A stretch of DNA of 63,062 bases, counting the filler, from Globobulimina sp. (Eukaryota): the NCBI GenBank assembly GCA_003354225.1. It is 52 parts of 52 records of this genome, joined end to end, with 100 filler letters (N's around TTAATTAATTAA, not from the genome) between each part and the next. Parts side by side here need not be neighbours in the genome. Positions count along the whole stretch, not along the records: positions 34,022 to 35,136 come from PIVH01023130.1; positions 35,237 to 36,351 come from PIVH01023131.1; positions 36,452 to 37,566 come from PIVH01023132.1; positions 37,667 to 38,781 come from PIVH01023133.1; positions 38,882 to 39,996 come from PIVH01023134.1; positions 40,097 to 41,210 come from PIVH01023135.1; positions 41,311 to 42,424 come from PIVH01023136.1; positions 42,525 to 43,638 come from PIVH01023137.1; 44 more parts are not named here. One strand, 5' to 3'. The position numbers and the translations under genes are program-made. The notes beneath the pieces were generated by a model. That model searched no databases. It had not been told where the DNA came from and saw only the letters and a list, made by a program, of their open reading frames with translations. Of the stretch, positions 34,759-46,065 are shown one piece after another (position 1 is the stretch's first letter; each line of letters begins with the position of its first letter).

Positions 34759-35136
34759 ATGAAGCGAAGTTGGTCAGAAGTTTCCACAGAAACAGACACT
34801 GATAATAAACGAAGGAAATTAATGTTAGATGTACCAGAAACTTGTAATGATAATACCAACAACAAAGAGACTCACCATAATGATGATGAAGCAAAACATG
34901 AAATAAAAACTAACAACGCCACCACGAAAACCGCACAAGAACCCTTATCCTTCTCTGACAAACTCATTCTGGCACCAATGGTACGCGTAGGCACATTCCC
35001 GATGCGATTAATGGCATTAAAATACGGCGCAGATATCGTATACAATCAAGAATTAATTGATCACAAAGTAGTGCGTTTCATTCGTAAACCAAACCTTAAA
35101 TACCAATGTATAGACTTTCTTGACAAATCAAATAAT
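34759..35136 (+). CDS. DUS2: tRNA-dihydrouridine synthase 2, N-terminal fragment
   Basis: KLILAPMVRVGTFPMRLMALKYGADIVYNQELID. Confidence 0.88.
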
Positions 35137-35278
35137 NNNNNNNNNNNNNNNNNNNNNNNNNNNNNNNNNNNNNNNNNNNNTTAATTAATTAANNNNNNNN
35201 NNNNNNNNNNNNNNNNNNNNNNNNNNNNNNNNNNNNAAATCCATAAATTCCCAGCAGGCATCGGCTCCCAACAGAATA

Positions 35279-36351
35279 CAACAACAACAACAATACATTT
35301 TATTTATACTGCACTAAAAGCAGTGAAACACCGCGCGAGAAAGTACAGTTTTTAGTAAAGTTAATTAAATAAAGTTAATATACTATACTCTGTCACTAAC
35401 GATGCTTGACTGCTTTTTTAAAATTATTAAAATCCATATTTATACATTCGTCAGATAAGGAATTCCATAGTTGACAAGTTAGAATGAAAAAACTCTTATT
35501 ACAGCGGTCTCTAGTAAAAACTGGAATATAATACTGTTCTGAATTATTCAAATTGCATGTAGCTCTTGTTCTCACATTGATTATTCTCTGCTGGACAATA
35601 TCTTCTGGCAAATAACGAAGTTTGTAATGGTATTTGTAAAATAATAATAATCTTTTTTCTCTGGCAATATTCTCAATGGTCTTCCATCTCAACTGATGTA
35701 AAAGGTCTTCATATGATGACTGATGGTTATTTGTTGCTTGCCTGGCAGCATATTTGTGCACGGACTCAAATTTCCTTTTGTCCTTTGCATATACTGGCCA
35801 TATCACAGGGATAGAATATAGAAGAGATGGCAAAATCGTTTGACAATAAAGTTTCTTAAAAACATATTGAGGGACAAAACGTCTGCAAGTTCGTGAAAAG
35901 GCTCCAATTGCACGTTTGCACTTTAAGGAAGTCTTGATAGAATGTTCACTCCATGATAATTTTGGGTCGAGCCAAACGCCCAAATATTTGTATGAGTTAA
36001 CTTGTTCTAATGGAAAATCTTGTATAGTTGGAGTAAATTCCAAAGTGGGCTTGGGATTAGCATCTGACAATGTGAATAACATGTACCTCGTCTTTGAAAT
36101 ATTGAGTGTAAGACCAAGATAATGGTAACAATTTGTAATTAGCTTGATGTCATGCAACATATCTCTTTGTTCTGTCAATGTTTCTGCCTTTTTGAAATAT
36201 GCCAGATCGTCTGCATATCCAATAGAGCAAGCAGAATTAGACAATATTAATTGTTGAACAGGGGCAGTATAGGCATTGAACAAAAGGGGGCAAAAAATTG
36301 AGCCCTGTGGTACTCCAGAGATTACATCACGCTCAGTTGACACACAACCAA
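35279..36351 (-). mobile_element. Non-LTR retrotransposon 3' end: RT, 3' UTR and (TTG)n tail (CR1/L2/Jockey group)
   Basis: SGVPQGSIFCPLLF, YADDL, YKYLGVWLD, LWNSL; stop at 35396; AATAAA near 35304-35299; (TTG)5 at 35293-35279. Confidence 0.9.
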
Positions 36352-36460
36352 NNNNNNNNNNNNNNNNNNNNNNNNNNNNNNNNNNNNNNNNNNNNTTAAT
36401 TAATTAANNNNNNNNNNNNNNNNNNNNNNNNNNNNNNNNNNNNNNNNNNNNACTGCAATT

Positions 36461-36886
36461 GTGGTCGGAGATGGTTCAACGCCGAGAGTTGCTTCGTTTC
36501 TGTGCTATATTACCAAATGTAATAATGTGTACAGCGTCGATCCACAACTTAAAATAAAAAAAAACAAATCTTGGAATAATATCAAACGTTTACAATGTTT
36601 AAGAAGCAAAATCGAGGATATCAACATCAAAATAGATGAAAATAATAACGTAATTGTTATTTTTATGCATAGTCATGTTTTACTGGAACCATCATTGTTA
36701 TCCATATCCTTCAACAAACACAAGAAGAGCAGTAATAAAATGGCAGTGATCACTGTTCCGTGTTGTCAATTCGTCAAAAAACATAAGACATTATACCAGC
36801 AACAACCTGACTATACTTTCACTGACACCGCAATGGCTTCCAATAAAAACAAATTTTACGTTTGGAAGGATGTTACGCACTCATAA
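36461..36886 (+). CDS. Methyltransferase-like conserved protein, C-terminal part
   Basis: VVGDGSTPR, YSVDP, MHSH, VPCC pattern typical of Rossmann-fold methyltransferase-like proteins. Confidence 0.45.
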   Translation: MVGDGSTPRVASFLCYITKCNNVYSVDPQLKIKKNKSWNNIKRLQCLRSKIEDINIKIDENNNVIVIFMHSHVLLEPSLLSISFNKHKKSSNKMAVITVPCCQFVKKHKTLYQQQPDYTFTDTAMASNKNKFYVWKDVTHS

Positions 36887-36939
36887 ACCAAAAACATCTC
36901 TCACACTTATTCAAAAACCATCGTTTAACTAACTACACC

Positions 36940-37566
36940 ATGGCGGAGGCTTTAAAAATGCAAATCATTTCCCTATGGGGTCTGTGAAACATGAAAACAA
37001 TATCTCGACCAAAATAAAAAAAAATATAAAAAAAAAGGTATTGGTTTGGATGACGTTAACAATAAATTGCAAGGCCTAAAAGCATTCTTACCCAGCAACT
37101 CTGATGTTTATCTTCTAGACTTGCTGTTGCAATCAGACCTCGATGTGGAACGTGCCATCAATCTGCACTTTACGTCCGCATCTTCGCCAACTCCAAATCC
37201 GCCAATGCAGCCACAGCCAAACAATAACCACAACCACAATAACCACAATTTTGCATTTGAAGATTCCGGCGACAACAAATCGGCTCAGATTGCGTCCGAG
37301 TCGCCGTTGCAATTAAATTTAAGTTTGTCCCCACCACCGAATGGAAATGACCAGTCACCGAAGTCGCCATCCGTTGATTTCGCTCATTTTGACTTCAAAC
37401 TACGAGAGCAATCCTCCTCCGACGAGGATATCCAAGTACTTAACAACAACATCAATCGCAGCAATATGCACCGTAATCACCGTAAGAGAAAATACAACCA
37501 AGTTATATCTGACATTGATGTGCCAAATCGCAACAAAAGGCGGAAACTCAGTGCATTGCACCACGG
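36940..37566 (+). CDS. Protein with N-terminal UBA/CUE-like domain; intron 36980-37037
   Basis: LKAFLP...LLLQSDLDVERAINLHF; a 58-bp GT-AG intron joins ATG 36940 in frame to ORF 37046. Confidence 0.6.
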
Positions 37567-38016
37567 NNNNNNNNNNNNNNNNNNNNNNNNNNNNNNNNNN
37601 NNNNNNNNNNTTAATTAATTAANNNNNNNNNNNNNNNNNNNNNNNNNNNNNNNNNNNNNNNNNNNNTTGGCAATATAACCATAAAGTTATAAATTTGAAA
37701 ATAAACTAGGTATTCTAACTTTTATTTTTCATATTATCGACATCAAATCAAACTGTATAGATCACAAACTACAAACGTTACTCAGGAATCTTCTGAATCT
37801 GGTTTTTCGATGTGAGAAGTGATGTATTGAAGAGTCACAGTATCCGAACACGCATCAATTTGGCAATCATTCTTGTCAGCTGATTTCCAAAGTCCGGCCA
37901 AAGTCATATCATTTACTAATAGTTCTAAAATAAATAAATAAATATGATCGAATGACAGAATTGAATGAAAAAAGTGGGCTCGTTAATCTGAATATCACGC
38001 AACATTATTCATCATT

Positions 38017-38595
38017 TCAGAAAAAGCTAATCTTTTCATCAGTAAGATTGGTATTTAGAAAAGAAGTTAGAAAGGAAAAAAGTAAGATGCATGCTATGAC
38101 CGAGAGGACACAAAAGATTAAATCAATTTTACCCTTTATTTCTCTTGAGGATGACATCTTTTCCTGTAACTTTTTTCTCTTTTCTTCAATCACTTCCGCG
38201 CCAACACTACCACCGGTAAATGCATGTTGGGGATGCACACTATCATAATGTTTTTTCATTCGAGGTACTGTCTCATACCACGTCATCACTCCTTTGTTGG
38301 TTTTACAGACAGTGCAATAGCATGGTAACTTCTGTACAAACTTGCTAACAATAAATATAGCTTTCGGATTTTGTAAAATTTGTAATTCGCATAAGTTTAT
38401 GTCAATCCAGCGATTCCATATCTTCGGATCATGTATGGCACCATAGAAAAGCCGACAAACAGTTCGCAGTCGCCAAAAAACCATAATATCATCTATATAG
38501 CATAGTACACGTATCATCAATTCAGGAGGAAGGCTGTAAATGGGACATCCAATTATGTAATGGTAGCGAATTGCTACGTCTAATGAACATGCCAT
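38017..38595 (-). CDS. Small F-box protein with C2H2-like motif and C-terminal TM helix
   Basis: IYSLPPELMIRVLCYID...LRTVCRLF...IW; CTVC...HYDSVH; hydrophobic tail. Confidence 0.72.
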   Translation of the reverse strand: MACSLDVAIRYHYIIGCPIYSLPPELMIRVLCYIDDIMVFWRLRTVCRLFYGAIHDPKIWNRWIDINLCELQILQNPKAIFIVSKFVQKLPCYCTVCKTNKGVMTWYETVPRMKKHYDSVHPQHAFTGGSVGAEVIEEKRKKLQEKMSSSREIKGKIDLIFCVLSVIACILLFSFLTSFLNTNLTDEKISFF

Positions 38596-38687
38596 TATTT
38601 AGCCAAACCAAAAAACCTGAAACAAATTTTGCATGCAATTTGCAGTCACAGTGGAGTGGCAGTGAGACTCACAGGTGACATGTCGGT

Positions 38688-38781
38688 CAGCTACAGTAAC
38701 CACAATAACAGTGACAAAGTTGCGGTTAAACACCTAACCAGCTACAGTAACCACAATAACAGTGACAAAGTTGCGGTTAAA
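38688..38781. repeat. 51-bp tandem repeat running into contig end
   Basis: CAGCTACAGTAACCACAATAACAGTGACAAAGTTGCGGTTAAA at 38688 and 38739. Confidence 0.85.
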
Positions 38782-38947
38782 NNNNNNNNNNNNNNNNNNN
38801 NNNNNNNNNNNNNNNNNNNNNNNNNTTAATTAATTAANNNNNNNNNNNNNNNNNNNNNNNNNNNNNNNNNNNNNNNNNNNNAAGATCATACAACATACAC
38901 AAAATTAAAATCACATTAAATAACTATGAAAATCGAAGAAAATCCAC

Positions 38948-39896
38948 TTAATTATACATTATAATATAACGCAACCTATATATAAACACAAATGTATACA
39001 AACCAAACAAATGCGATTTTGCGCACAGTACTAAACATGGAGTGGTGTCAAGATCCAATCTCTGCTGTAAATAATCGTACACGTCCTGGTGTTTATGCTC
39101 CATGGCATACTTAATGGGGGTCTTCCCCTCGTTGTCATACACCCTCAGCGCAGCCTTGTTCACCTCAACTAACTGCTGCACCAACTCCAAATTGCCCTGC
39201 GCCGCGCCACAATGTAACAAGGTGCGATTGGCGAACTTTCCCGCATAATTTGGATTGGCGCCATGGTTCACTAAACGCACCGCAGAATCAAAGAACTTGG
39301 GCTCTTTCTTAGACACAAAGTCGATGCAATAAGACAACGCCGTGTGATGTTCCCGATCCTCTGCGTTTACGTCTGCGTTGTTTTGGACCAAGACGTCGAT
39401 CACTTTGATACTGCCGATCTCGGCCGCATCCATCAACGGCGTGCGGCCCAATTTGTCCCTCTGGTTCACAGAGCAGCCCTTCGAGATCAAGAACTCGCAC
39501 ATTTCGCTCTGGTCGTTGGAGGCGGCGTGATGTAGACAAATGGTGCCATCGAAGTCCATCTTGCGATTGATGTCGGCGTGATGCTCGATTAATAGCTCGG
39601 CGATGTCTTTATAGCCTTTGGAGGCGCAGAGGAAGATCGGTGTGATTTCGCCTAAAGCTAAGCGAAATTGCACCGATGGGTTGGCGCCATCTTCTAATGC
39701 TTTCTTGGCGGCGTTAAAGTCGCCGACCCGACACGCATCACATAATCTGTTGTAGGTGGTACTGTGCAGTTTGTTGATACGCAAAATCGCAAATGGGCAC
39801 AAACCGTTGGTCGTGTTCTAGGATCTGTACTGACGGAGCGCCTCCGCCCCATTGGGCGGCTCCAAAGCTCTTCAATGTGTCTTGCATTGTCGACAT
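38948..39896 (-). CDS. Ankyrin-repeat protein; intron 39834-39747
   Basis: About six ankyrin repeats (TPIFLCA, CLHHAA, TPLMDAA, TLLHCGA); GTCAGT...ACAG intron links ATG 39896 in frame. Confidence 0.9.
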
Positions 39897-40096
39897 ATTT
39901 TATAGTGTGTGTTGTTGTGTGCTATGGTTGTAGATTATATATATATTGTTTCCTGCTTTTGTAGTATATTTTAGTTGATTTGAATCAGCGATGATTNNNN
40001 NNNNNNNNNNNNNNNNNNNNNNNNNNNNNNNNNNNNNNNNTTAATTAATTAANNNNNNNNNNNNNNNNNNNNNNNNNNNNNNNNNNNNNNNNNNNN

Positions 40097-40408
40097 TGTA
40101 AATAATCCAATAATTGAAAGCCAAGACACATAATTATCCAAATCAGTGTTAAATGATAACGAATATGGCATTTCAACGACAGAATATGCTAAAATAAAAA
40201 ATAAAAATAAATTCCAAATCGATTTAAATCTGCCAAATGGTAATAATATTGGTAGTTTAATAACTGCGCACTGTTTATTCCGATTCACTGTATGCATTTT
40301 CGATTTGTAGGTTGCAAATACAGGTGCCATTGATCGATTTAATTTCACCGAGTATGTACCAAATTCATCAGGCTTTGCTTTTTCTGCCATAACTATGTTA
40401 CGTGCCAA
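40097..40408 (-). CDS. EAG/CNG-type cation channel fragment (S1-S2 region)
   Basis: ILLPFGRFKSIWNLFLFFILAYSVVEMPYSLSF. Confidence 0.65.
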
Positions 40409-41334
40409 TTCGAAGTAGTGCAGTTTTCAGCACAAACCCAAAGTCATACCATGACACCGTGTACATAACAGTTGTGATTAGTGTCCCTGTTCTGAGAGAA
40501 AATATGCTCCAAATCATGCTGGTAATGTTACGGTGTATAATGAATATGAACAAACGATTTTTCAAAGCGATTGGAACTATCAAGAATTTGCTGTGACTTT
40601 GTTGACTGCACAGTTATATTTTATCCAACATGAGAGTTCCGAATATGTAGCATCTTTTGCTATATCATTGGCAGCGTTCACTACGATGATTGATATCTGT
40701 TTGACTCTAACTAGTAATGTCATTATTGTTGATACACAAATAATTGATGAAATGGATAATTTATATTCGTATAATTGTTATAATAAAAGTACATTTGAAG
40801 ATACATTGGGATTTTAATAATGGACACATTGGAGGCAACATTAGATGTTAATTATTGCTTTGGTAGTTTTGTTTGGTAGTTTTATTTCGAAGAGTATAAA
40901 GTTAAAATTTTGTGCAGATGCAATCCATGGTGGTTTATTCGGACTTGATCGGATATTGACATCTGTCAATTTCTTTTCTTTTGTGTTGCCATTTACAACA
41001 ATGATGATTTACTTTGTTATTATGAAATAAATGATATTGGCAAGAAACAAAGCAATGGAATAATTTGGTGGGTTTACATTTTGTCATTGTTGGTTTGGTG
41101 TTATGTATTGCTGTGATTATATTCATTGTTAAATGCTATCACAAACAACATCAACGTGATATTAAATCAGCGTGATATTAAATTACAGCCGAATTGACTG
41201 AAACCAATAANNNNNNNNNNNNNNNNNNNNNNNNNNNNNNNNNNNNNNNNNNNNTTAATTAATTAANNNNNNNNNNNNNNNNNNNNNNNNNNNNNNNNNN
41301 NNNNNNNNNNTTTCCATGTCCATATTGATAAAAA

Positions 41335-42424
41335 GTGTTTTGTGTAAGCACAGCTGGCCTAAACCCTACTAAACACTCACATTGTTACACAGATATAATT
41401 TTCCATCTATTGGGCGGACAAACATCTCTCTTACAAATATACGACAGCAATATTATAGATATTATCGAATTAAACAATGTAATGATATCTTGTTATTCTT
41501 ACTGTTTATCACCAATTTCGATTCGTTATTTATCATCATTTGAAACCAATCCGTCTGAACATTACTTTACATTAAATTCGATTGGATTCAATAACATCGC
41601 GTTACCACTCTACATAGTCAACGGAGGGAACATTAATTTAAATAACATTGTTGTAAACGAGTGTATTTCCGGAGGAACAGACGATTTATTTCATTTTGAA
41701 AACATATATAAATATAATATAAGCAATATGGAAATATATAACAGCATCGGGTTGTCGCTTATCTATATATCAACCGCTGCATTCACCGCATCTATCAATC
41801 TATTTACCGGCGCAATATTTAATAATAACACAGTGTATAGTGCTGCGATACAAATACAACATGGATGGTCTGCATCGAGCACAGATATTTGGACAAACGT
41901 AGATATCTCAGATATATATTATGCGGCATTTGATTATGGACTTATAAACTTCGAGGGCAGCCTTACAAGTTTATATCTGACGAATGTTAATATTCAGGAC
42001 ACATATGACAGTTACTGGACTTTCTTATTTTGGCAGGTTGACACTGTTTATATCGATTCTTGCTATGTTTCAGACACATTATCTCAAGCAGGTATGTGCC
42101 GGTGTACAGGTCTCATTATCTGACAACATTGATTTGTTTTTACTGCTAACAAAGGTGTCATTGGTTCACATGTTGTATCCTTATATATTCACAATTCAAT
42201 CATACAGCACACCCAAGGTTTTGGTGTATATTATTATCCATACTATGGGACTCATGAAAATACTGTGATTGAGAACACATTATTTCAACACAATACGCAC
42301 ACTGCAGTATCTCCAACGAGTGTTAATAATATGAACATTACAAATTGCACATTCATAGAGAATAGAAATGCAATATGGAGAAGCAATGTTAACAATATGC
42401 AGATTACAAATTGCACATTTACAG
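41335..42424 (+). CDS. Parallel beta-helix (pectin-lyase-like) repeat protein, spliced fragment
   Basis: I/N-rich repeats (ITNCTFIEN, ITNCTF, IFNNN); candidate donor GTATGT at 42092. Confidence 0.55.
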
Positions 42425-42828
42425 NNNNNNNNNNNNNNNNNNNNNNNNNNNNNNNNNNNNNNNNNNNNTTAATTAATTAANNNNNNNNNNNNNNNNNNNN
42501 NNNNNNNNNNNNNNNNNNNNNNNNTTGCATGCTTTTGGTATATGGTTGGATATCAAACCCAGAAAAACGGAAAAGAATCATGGTTGCAAATAATTGATGA
42601 GAATCATGAAAATGCTTCAAACTTTACAAAGTATTCATATTCGGTGTAATATTAAATTAATTGGATTAGATTAAATTTGGATTTAATATGAATTTAATTA
42701 ATTTAATACTTTAATATGGATTTAATACTTTAATGCCAGATTTAAAGATTTAATAATTCAATGCATGTCTTTCAAGGATGAAAAAGAAGAGTCTTTGTTT
42801 TCAAAAAAAAACTTTGTTTGTTTGTCAG

Positions 42829-43320
42829 TCATTGTGCTTGGTCTTGAATAACTTCCTCCAATGTCAAATCATAATTTCTCTCCAAATCTCCAATTAAACC
42901 CAATGCTTTCATATTTAAAACATCACCAGTACCTCGACCAAATTCCTTCCAATCTACACCTGGATGATTATCCATATAATTACACATTTTCTCTCTACCT
43001 GCCGGCGAATTTTTATTCCAAGTTGTCGATGGCGAAGAATATGAAATATCAGCAGTCCAATTTGGATAACCTCCATAAGATTTTACTTTGTAGGTTTCTT
43101 TCGAGATTGTAACAAATCCAATTCGAGCCAATGAATGAACCGCATGATATGTTAAATTTGTCGGGCCATTGGGGAATGTTCCCGTTTCTTCATCATAATC
43201 ACATCTCACCTTTGCAGATACACCAGTTTTTGTATTATTATCCACCACGCCGCGTAATGCTTTGGCTTTAGTGGCGCGAGATATATTTATAACTATATTT
43301 ATCACCTTATCTCTTACCAC
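42829..43320 (-). CDS. Hypothetical protein fragment
   Basis: 163-codon frame with protein-like composition; no family recognised. Confidence 0.35.
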   Translation of the reverse strand: MVRDKVINIVINISRATKAKALRGVVDNNTKTGVSAKVRCDYDEETGTFPNGPTNLTYHAVHSLARIGFVTISKETYKVKSYGGYPNWTADISYSSPSTTWNKNSPAGREKMCNYMDNHPGVDWKEFGRGTGDVLNMKALGLIGDLERNYDLTLEEVIQDQAQ

Positions 43321-43528
43321 ACGCCTTATCTCTCACCATACAAATGGGAAAATCAATAAATCATTTGGAAGTCATCAGTTTTTATATAATTTCCAATACA
43401 AATTGGCCGAATATTATAATGACGGTTTGATTGAATATCAACAATATAAACGACATGGAGTTACAAATAAATTATTGGAAAAATGTTGGGACTTTATTGA
43501 TTCGAATCAAACGAATGAGGATATTTTG

Positions 43529-43638
43529 ATATTGGGAGCATATTAAGCATATTGGTAACATATTGGGTGCATATTAAGCATATTGGGAGCATATTAAGCA
43601 TAGTGGTATCATATTGGGTGCATATTAAGCATATTGGT
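43529..43638. repeat. Minisatellite of 9-11 bp ATATT-headed units with a 51-bp higher-order period
   Basis: ATATTGGGAGC / ATATTAAGC / ATATTGGTAAC / ATATTGGGTGC / ATATTAAGC repeated to contig end. Confidence 0.85.
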
Positions 43639-43739
43639 NNNNNNNNNNNNNNNNNNNNNNNNNNNNNNNNNNNNNNNNNNNNTTAATTAATTAANNNNNN
43701 NNNNNNNNNNNNNNNNNNNNNNNNNNNNNNNNNNNNNNA

Positions 43740-44000
43740 GAAATTACACTTAACATACCCGGACTTGAGCCAACTGATCTTGGCGCTGAGATTGTCATGG
43801 GGAACAAAGCGAATGGTGAAGTTAAAAAAATCATTTTTAAAAGCATACTTAAACTTGCCAATAGTGATAAGGGGAAAGTAAAATTCAAATGCGAATTTCC
43901 CCTTGAACATACGGGAGTTTACGATTATGCCTTCAGAATCTTTCCAAAAAATAGCCTGTTGAGATATCGTATGGATTTCCCATTAGTTAAATGGATATAA
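43740..44000 (+). CDS. glgP: Alpha-glucan phosphorylase C-terminus; bacterial, Bacteroidota-like
   Basis: GVYDYAFRIFPKNSLLRYRMDFPLVKWI matches the C-terminus I recognise from Bacteroidota glucan phosphorylases. Confidence 0.7.
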   Translation, partial: EITLNIPGLEPTDLGAEIVMGNKANGEVKKIIFKSILKLANSDKGKVKFKCEFPLEHTGVYDYAFRIFPKNSLLRYRMDFPLVKWI

Positions 44001-44258
44001 CTATAGATGTTGCCGTTAATAATATCGTCTATTGTGAATAATGAAAACCGAATAATAAACACAAGTTGGACATTTGACTATCACCATCCAAAGTGGCCAT
44101 AAGGTCGCCAAGAAACTGTGATATTATAACAATATGCAATACTAACAATCAATTAAATAAACAACAACTCGAACACTGAACAACAATGAGTTTTTTTGTA
44201 TTTTAGTCGTTTCTACTCTGCTTTAATGGTTAAAACAGAGATGTTTATATCTTGATAA

Positions 44259-44852
44259 ATGTTACTTGCAAAAAGCTATTATCGCATATTTATTCCAACT
44301 ATAGTATCTCTAATGTTTTGCTGTTCAAGCCTTTCATTATCTGGAAATGAAAGCGGAAATTCAGTAAACGACAGCCTTTACAACATATATCTTGTTTCAA
44401 AAAGCGATTCTTCACAGGCTGCCCTGCTTGTTAAGCTGGCAGCAAACATGGAATCCAACTCGATTTTACGTTATAATAACAATACAGTTGATGATTATAT
44501 TCAACTGGCGAGCCTGAAATCAAACGATTCAACCAGCATAAACAAACTGGTTTTTGATATTGACATGACAGGTGTGATGTTTCGGAATAATGGTAATTAC
44601 GTTTCAGCACTAAAGTTTCACAATTGGGCTCATGATATTGCAAATCGAATTAACAATAAACATCAACATTCTATTATCAACAATAATATTGGTGTAGTTT
44701 ACAGGCGCCTCGATGATTATGAGACAGCACTTACTTACCATATAAAGGCTCTCCAATTATCTGAGGAAACAAAAAATGTACAAAGTCAGGCGATCGCAAT
44801 CAACAGTATTGGAAATATTCAAATGATGATCGGAAATTTAGATGAATCTTTG
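44259..44852 (+). CDS. TPR-repeat sensor protein (probably histidine kinase type), N-terminal part; bacterial
   Basis: Signal/TM segment then NNIGVVYRRLDDYETALTYHIKAL and INSIGNI TPRs. Confidence 0.75.
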
Positions 44853-44954
44853 NNNNNNNNNNNNNNNNNNNNNNNNNNNNNNNNNNNNNNNNNNNNTTAA
44901 TTAATTAANNNNNNNNNNNNNNNNNNNNNNNNNNNNNNNNNNNNNNNNNNNNAA

Positions 44955-45134
44955 TCAACACTAGTTTCACAAAAAGAAATAGATAGTTTTCTGTCAGAAA
45001 CTGATTCTTGTGTTGGGTGTAAACAAACATCTGCAAAAACACAGGAGGGAGTTAAAGAATGTTTTGAATTTGCAGTAAAGCATGTTTTGTATCCAAGGAA
45101 TAATAATGATGGATGTACATGTATTGTATTATGA
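44955..45134 (+). CDS. Small GTPase (Rho/Rac-like) C-terminus
   Basis: TSAKTQEGVKECFEFAV (G5 motif) and CAAX box CIVL; not in the ORF track. Confidence 0.75.
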   Translation, partial: STLVSQKEIDSFLSETDSCVGCKQTSAKTQEGVKECFEFAVKHVLYPRNNNDGCTCIVL

Positions 45135-45345
45135 TGTAATAAATTTGTGTTTTTGGTTCAATTTTTCAGCGTCAGAATGTTTTCCCTTTTCTTTCAATCC
45201 GCTGTTGCTGTGTAAACAAGATGAAAAACAGAGGAAATGATCATTATTAACTGTTAATTTGTCGAGTAAATGTACATTAAAAAACATATACACAATGATA
45301 GCTGTATTGGTTAGGCAAATGCTGCAGAATTTATCATTATGGATA

Positions 45346-46065
45346 TTAAACATTTTTATGCGTTGCAGACTTAATAACACTAAAATGAAAATTCAAATCA
45401 CAGTCAACAATCATAATAGCTCCATCATTCTCAAATTCACCGCAATAATCAGGCGAAGAAAATAAAGTCACCAATTTATCATTAACAAACCATTCAAAGC
45501 CATCCTCAGTAACTTGATGAGCTCGAATAATACAATCCAAATCATTTTCCTTTAACCATTTGCAAACAATATCAGCTCCAAATACATAAGAAACGCCTTT
45601 ATCCATTTCACCCCAACCGCTGTGATAAGAAGCGGGGTCGCTCCATAATAAATCACACAATAAACCCATATCTGGCACAATAACTGGTCTCTTATACTTG
45701 TCGTGATATAATATATCCAATCTTGTTAATTCTGGGCTTAATCCGCCATGCACAGCAAACCACTTTGTATTTATCAAACAAGTGAATGGCATCCAGTGGA
45801 ATGTGTTACTCGTTCTCTTCCAGAGATAAATGCCACTTTTCTCACCTGCCGTTTTTGGATAACATCGTTTCAATTCATCATAAAAGCCATATATTCGACT
45901 AAGACTCGCACATTCTTGAAATCCTCGGAGTAAATAGATATTTTCGGGAAACATTATTTTTAAGCAATATAACAAACAAATACATTCAGTTTGATATTTC
46001 CCGCGACTTACATAGCTGCCTAGAAATAAATATATATCGTTATATTTATGAATTTTATCAATTAT
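45346..46065 (-). CDS. PP1-like Ser/Thr phosphatase paralogue with degenerate active site
   Basis: RIYGFYDE, HGGLSP, GLLCDLLWSDP, RAHQV, FSSPDYC retained; GDYVDRG reads GSYVSRG and GNHE reads GFQE. Confidence 0.88.
   Translation of the reverse strand: MIDKIHKYNDIYLFLGSYVSRGKYQTECICLLYCLKIMFPENIYLLRGFQECASLSRIYGFYDELKRCYPKTAGEKSGIYLWKRTSNTFHWMPFTCLINTKWFAVHGGLSPELTRLDILYHDKYKRPVIVPDMGLLCDLLWSDPASYHSGWGEMDKGVSYVFGADIVCKWLKENDLDCIIRAHQVTEDGFEWFVNDKLVTLFSSPDYCGEFENDGAIMIVDCDLNFHFSVIKSATHKNV

Noticed and set aside
43529-43638. Telomeric repeat
   Set aside because: Units alternate between 9 and 11 bp with a 51-bp period; this fits a minisatellite.
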